From positions 1 to 27,639 of the forward strand of contig CAZGJX010000054.1 in the NCBI GenBank assembly GCA_964525635.1: a stretch of DNA of 27,639 nucleotides. The letters are read 5' to 3'. The notes under the pieces are model-generated. The model did not search any database. It was not told where the DNA came from and was given only the letters and a program-made list of their open reading frames with translations. How positions within the stretch are numbered: the stretch's first letter is position 1; the number at the start of each line of letters is the position of its first letter. Shown here in pieces: positions 26,196-27,639 of the stretch. This stretch comes from an uncultured archaeon (GTDB taxonomy: Archaea > Asgardarchaeota > Lokiarchaeia > Sigyniarchaeales > SOKP01). The translations under genes were made by a program, and so were the position numbers.

Positions 26196-26273
26196 GGGGG
26201 TGTAGATTAGCCTGGTTAGATCACCGTTCTTATAAAGCGGAGGCCGTGAGTTAAAATCTCACCATCCCTACCA
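26196..26273 (+). tRNA. tRNA-Ile(TAT), CCA encoded
   Basis: CCGTT-CTTATAA-AGCGG; body is a close paralog of Ile(GAT) at 25483; T loop TTAAAAT. Confidence 0.82.
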
Positions 26274-26540
26274 AAAATATTAAGTATTATTAAGAGAAGT
26301 GAAGAATCGTGAATAAAAGAGATAAAACTATTCATGAGAAAAATCAATAATAAATAATTATGTCTAAGGATATTATCAAAATAATCTTAAACTTGCTTTT
26401 ATGTTAAATTTTAATCTTTAAAATCCTATATTTCATTTTTCTTATAACTTTTTTTTAAAAATTTGGTTAAAATAATAAAAACCTTTATTAAATCTAGTTA
26501 ATGTAGATATTGAGAACGACAAATCAGTTTGAGTAGTATC

Positions 26541-27639
26541 ATGAACGAGTTTAAGGTAAATGAGTATTTAACACTGAAGTTAGAAAATGATGAAACAATA
26601 ATTTATGTGAAAGGTAAGCAATTTAACCAATGTAAGTTCCTGCTCTTAGAAATTCCTATTAATGAAATAACTTTATTAGAAGATCTTAAATCAATAGACG
26701 AGGCTGCAGAACGATTAACTAATATATTAGAACTTATTAAGGGTAAGAGAATTGATAAAATTCCACCTAAAACTGAATTTTGGGGACATTGTTCCAATCT
26801 TCAGGTATGGTTTGAATATAATTATGATACTCGATTATTACATTCCAATCTTTCATTTTCTTTACTTAGAAAACTATCTGAATTAGGAGATCCTCTTGCA
26901 AATAAAGTATTCAAAGAAGAAATTGTTAAACGGTTTCATTCTGGATATATTCCCTCTATTTATTATTTGATTAAAGAAGGATATCTTAACTATCTTAATA
27001 ATGATGAGATTAAGCTTATTTTTTTTGAAAATAATATAAAACTAAAACAACAACTTGAAAATATTGATAAGAATTTGGTAGATGAATCTTTCTATATTTT
27101 AAAAAAATTAATTAAAATAGGAGATCCTCATACAAATAAAGTATTAAAAAAAGCAATAGGAAACTTAACTTCAATTAAAAAACTTGATTTAAGTGGTAAT
27201 AAATTAACAGAACTTCCAGAAACTATAGGAAACTTGAATTCACTTCATAACCTTAATTTATTTTGGAATATATTAACAAAACTTCCAGAGACAATAGGAT
27301 TTTTGACTTTACTTAAAGAACTTAAATTAGGAAACAATAAATTAAAAGAACTTCCTGAAGCTATAGGAAACTTAAGGTTACTTCAAAAACTTGATTTAAA
27401 TAATAATCAAATAACTGGACTTCCCGAATCTATAGGAAACTTAACTTTACTTCAATCACTTGGTTTAACTAATAATCAAATAACTGGACTTCCCGAATCT
27501 ATAGGAAACTTAACATCACTTCAAAAACTTGATTTAAGTAATAATCAAGTAACTGAACTTCCAGAATCTACAGGAGAATTAAGATCACTTCAAAAACTTG
27601 ATTTAAGAGATAATCGAGTAATTAAACTTCCAGAATCTA
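26541..27639 (+). CDS. LRR protein with FWGHCSN N-domain and 23-aa LPESIGNL-type repeats (runs off the window)
   Basis: Open frame from ATG 26541: MNEFKVNEYLTLKLE...PKTEFWGHCSNLQVW...IGNLTSIKKLDLSGNKLTELPETIGNL. Missing from the ORF track because it has no stop in the window. Confidence 0.92.
   Translation, partial: MNEFKVNEYLTLKLENDETIIYVKGKQFNQCKFLLLEIPINEITLLEDLKSIDEAAERLTNILELIKGKRIDKIPPKTEFWGHCSNLQVWFEYNYDTRLLHSNLSFSLLRKLSELGDPLANKVFKEEIVKRFHSGYIPSIYYLIKEGYLNYLNNDEIKLIFFENNIKLKQQLENIDKNLVDESFYILKKLIKIGDPHTNKVLKKAIGNLTSIKKLDLSGNKLTELPETIGNLNSLHNLNLFWNILTKLPETIGFLTLLKELKLGNNKLKELPEAIGNLRLLQKLDLNNNQITGLPESIGNLTLLQSLGLTNNQITGLPESIGNLTSLQKLDLSNNQVTELPESTGELRSLQKLDLRDNRVIKLPES

Noticed and set aside
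18900-26540. Intact provirus or integrative element carrying the tRNAs
   Set aside because: No integrase, capsid, terminase or replication gene in the window, so a mobile origin remains inference.
8323-27639. CRISPR array or diversity-generating retroelement explaining the repeats
   Set aside because: The repeats are in-frame 66/69-bp coding LRR units. No cas gene, reverse transcriptase or adenine-specific TR/VR pair was seen.

Overview
Very AT-rich archaeal DNA, most consistent with an Asgard (Lokiarchaeia-like) genome; this is inferred from gene content and the 'FWGHCSN' LRR family. The left part (1-6.6 kb) is housekeeping: histone, DUF166-like, wHTH, JAMM protease, proteasome beta, rps8e, hypA and srp19, plus a hidden TnpB C-terminal relic. 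The middle (6.7-18.9 kb) is accessory: a disrupted GH5, a giant LRR gene, a phage-type ORF, a nonsense-split membrane gene and a co-oriented LRR-TIR / WD40-TM / nicotinamidase-fold trio. The main discovery is absent from the ORF track. Two divergently transcribed arrays of 11 tRNA genes each (19098-20392 minus, 25170-26273 plus) have no amino acid in common and together cover 18 amino acids, lacking only Leu and Ser. They form a near-minimal U34/G34 decoding set that includes tRNA-Ile(UAU) and a tRNA-Phe with a non-canonical 32/33 intron. Each array has a similar BRE/TATA promoter followed by a structured RNA. The arrays are separated by a 1267-aa LRR gene bracketed by a 17-bp direct repeat. 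All calls are by eye; no searches were run.
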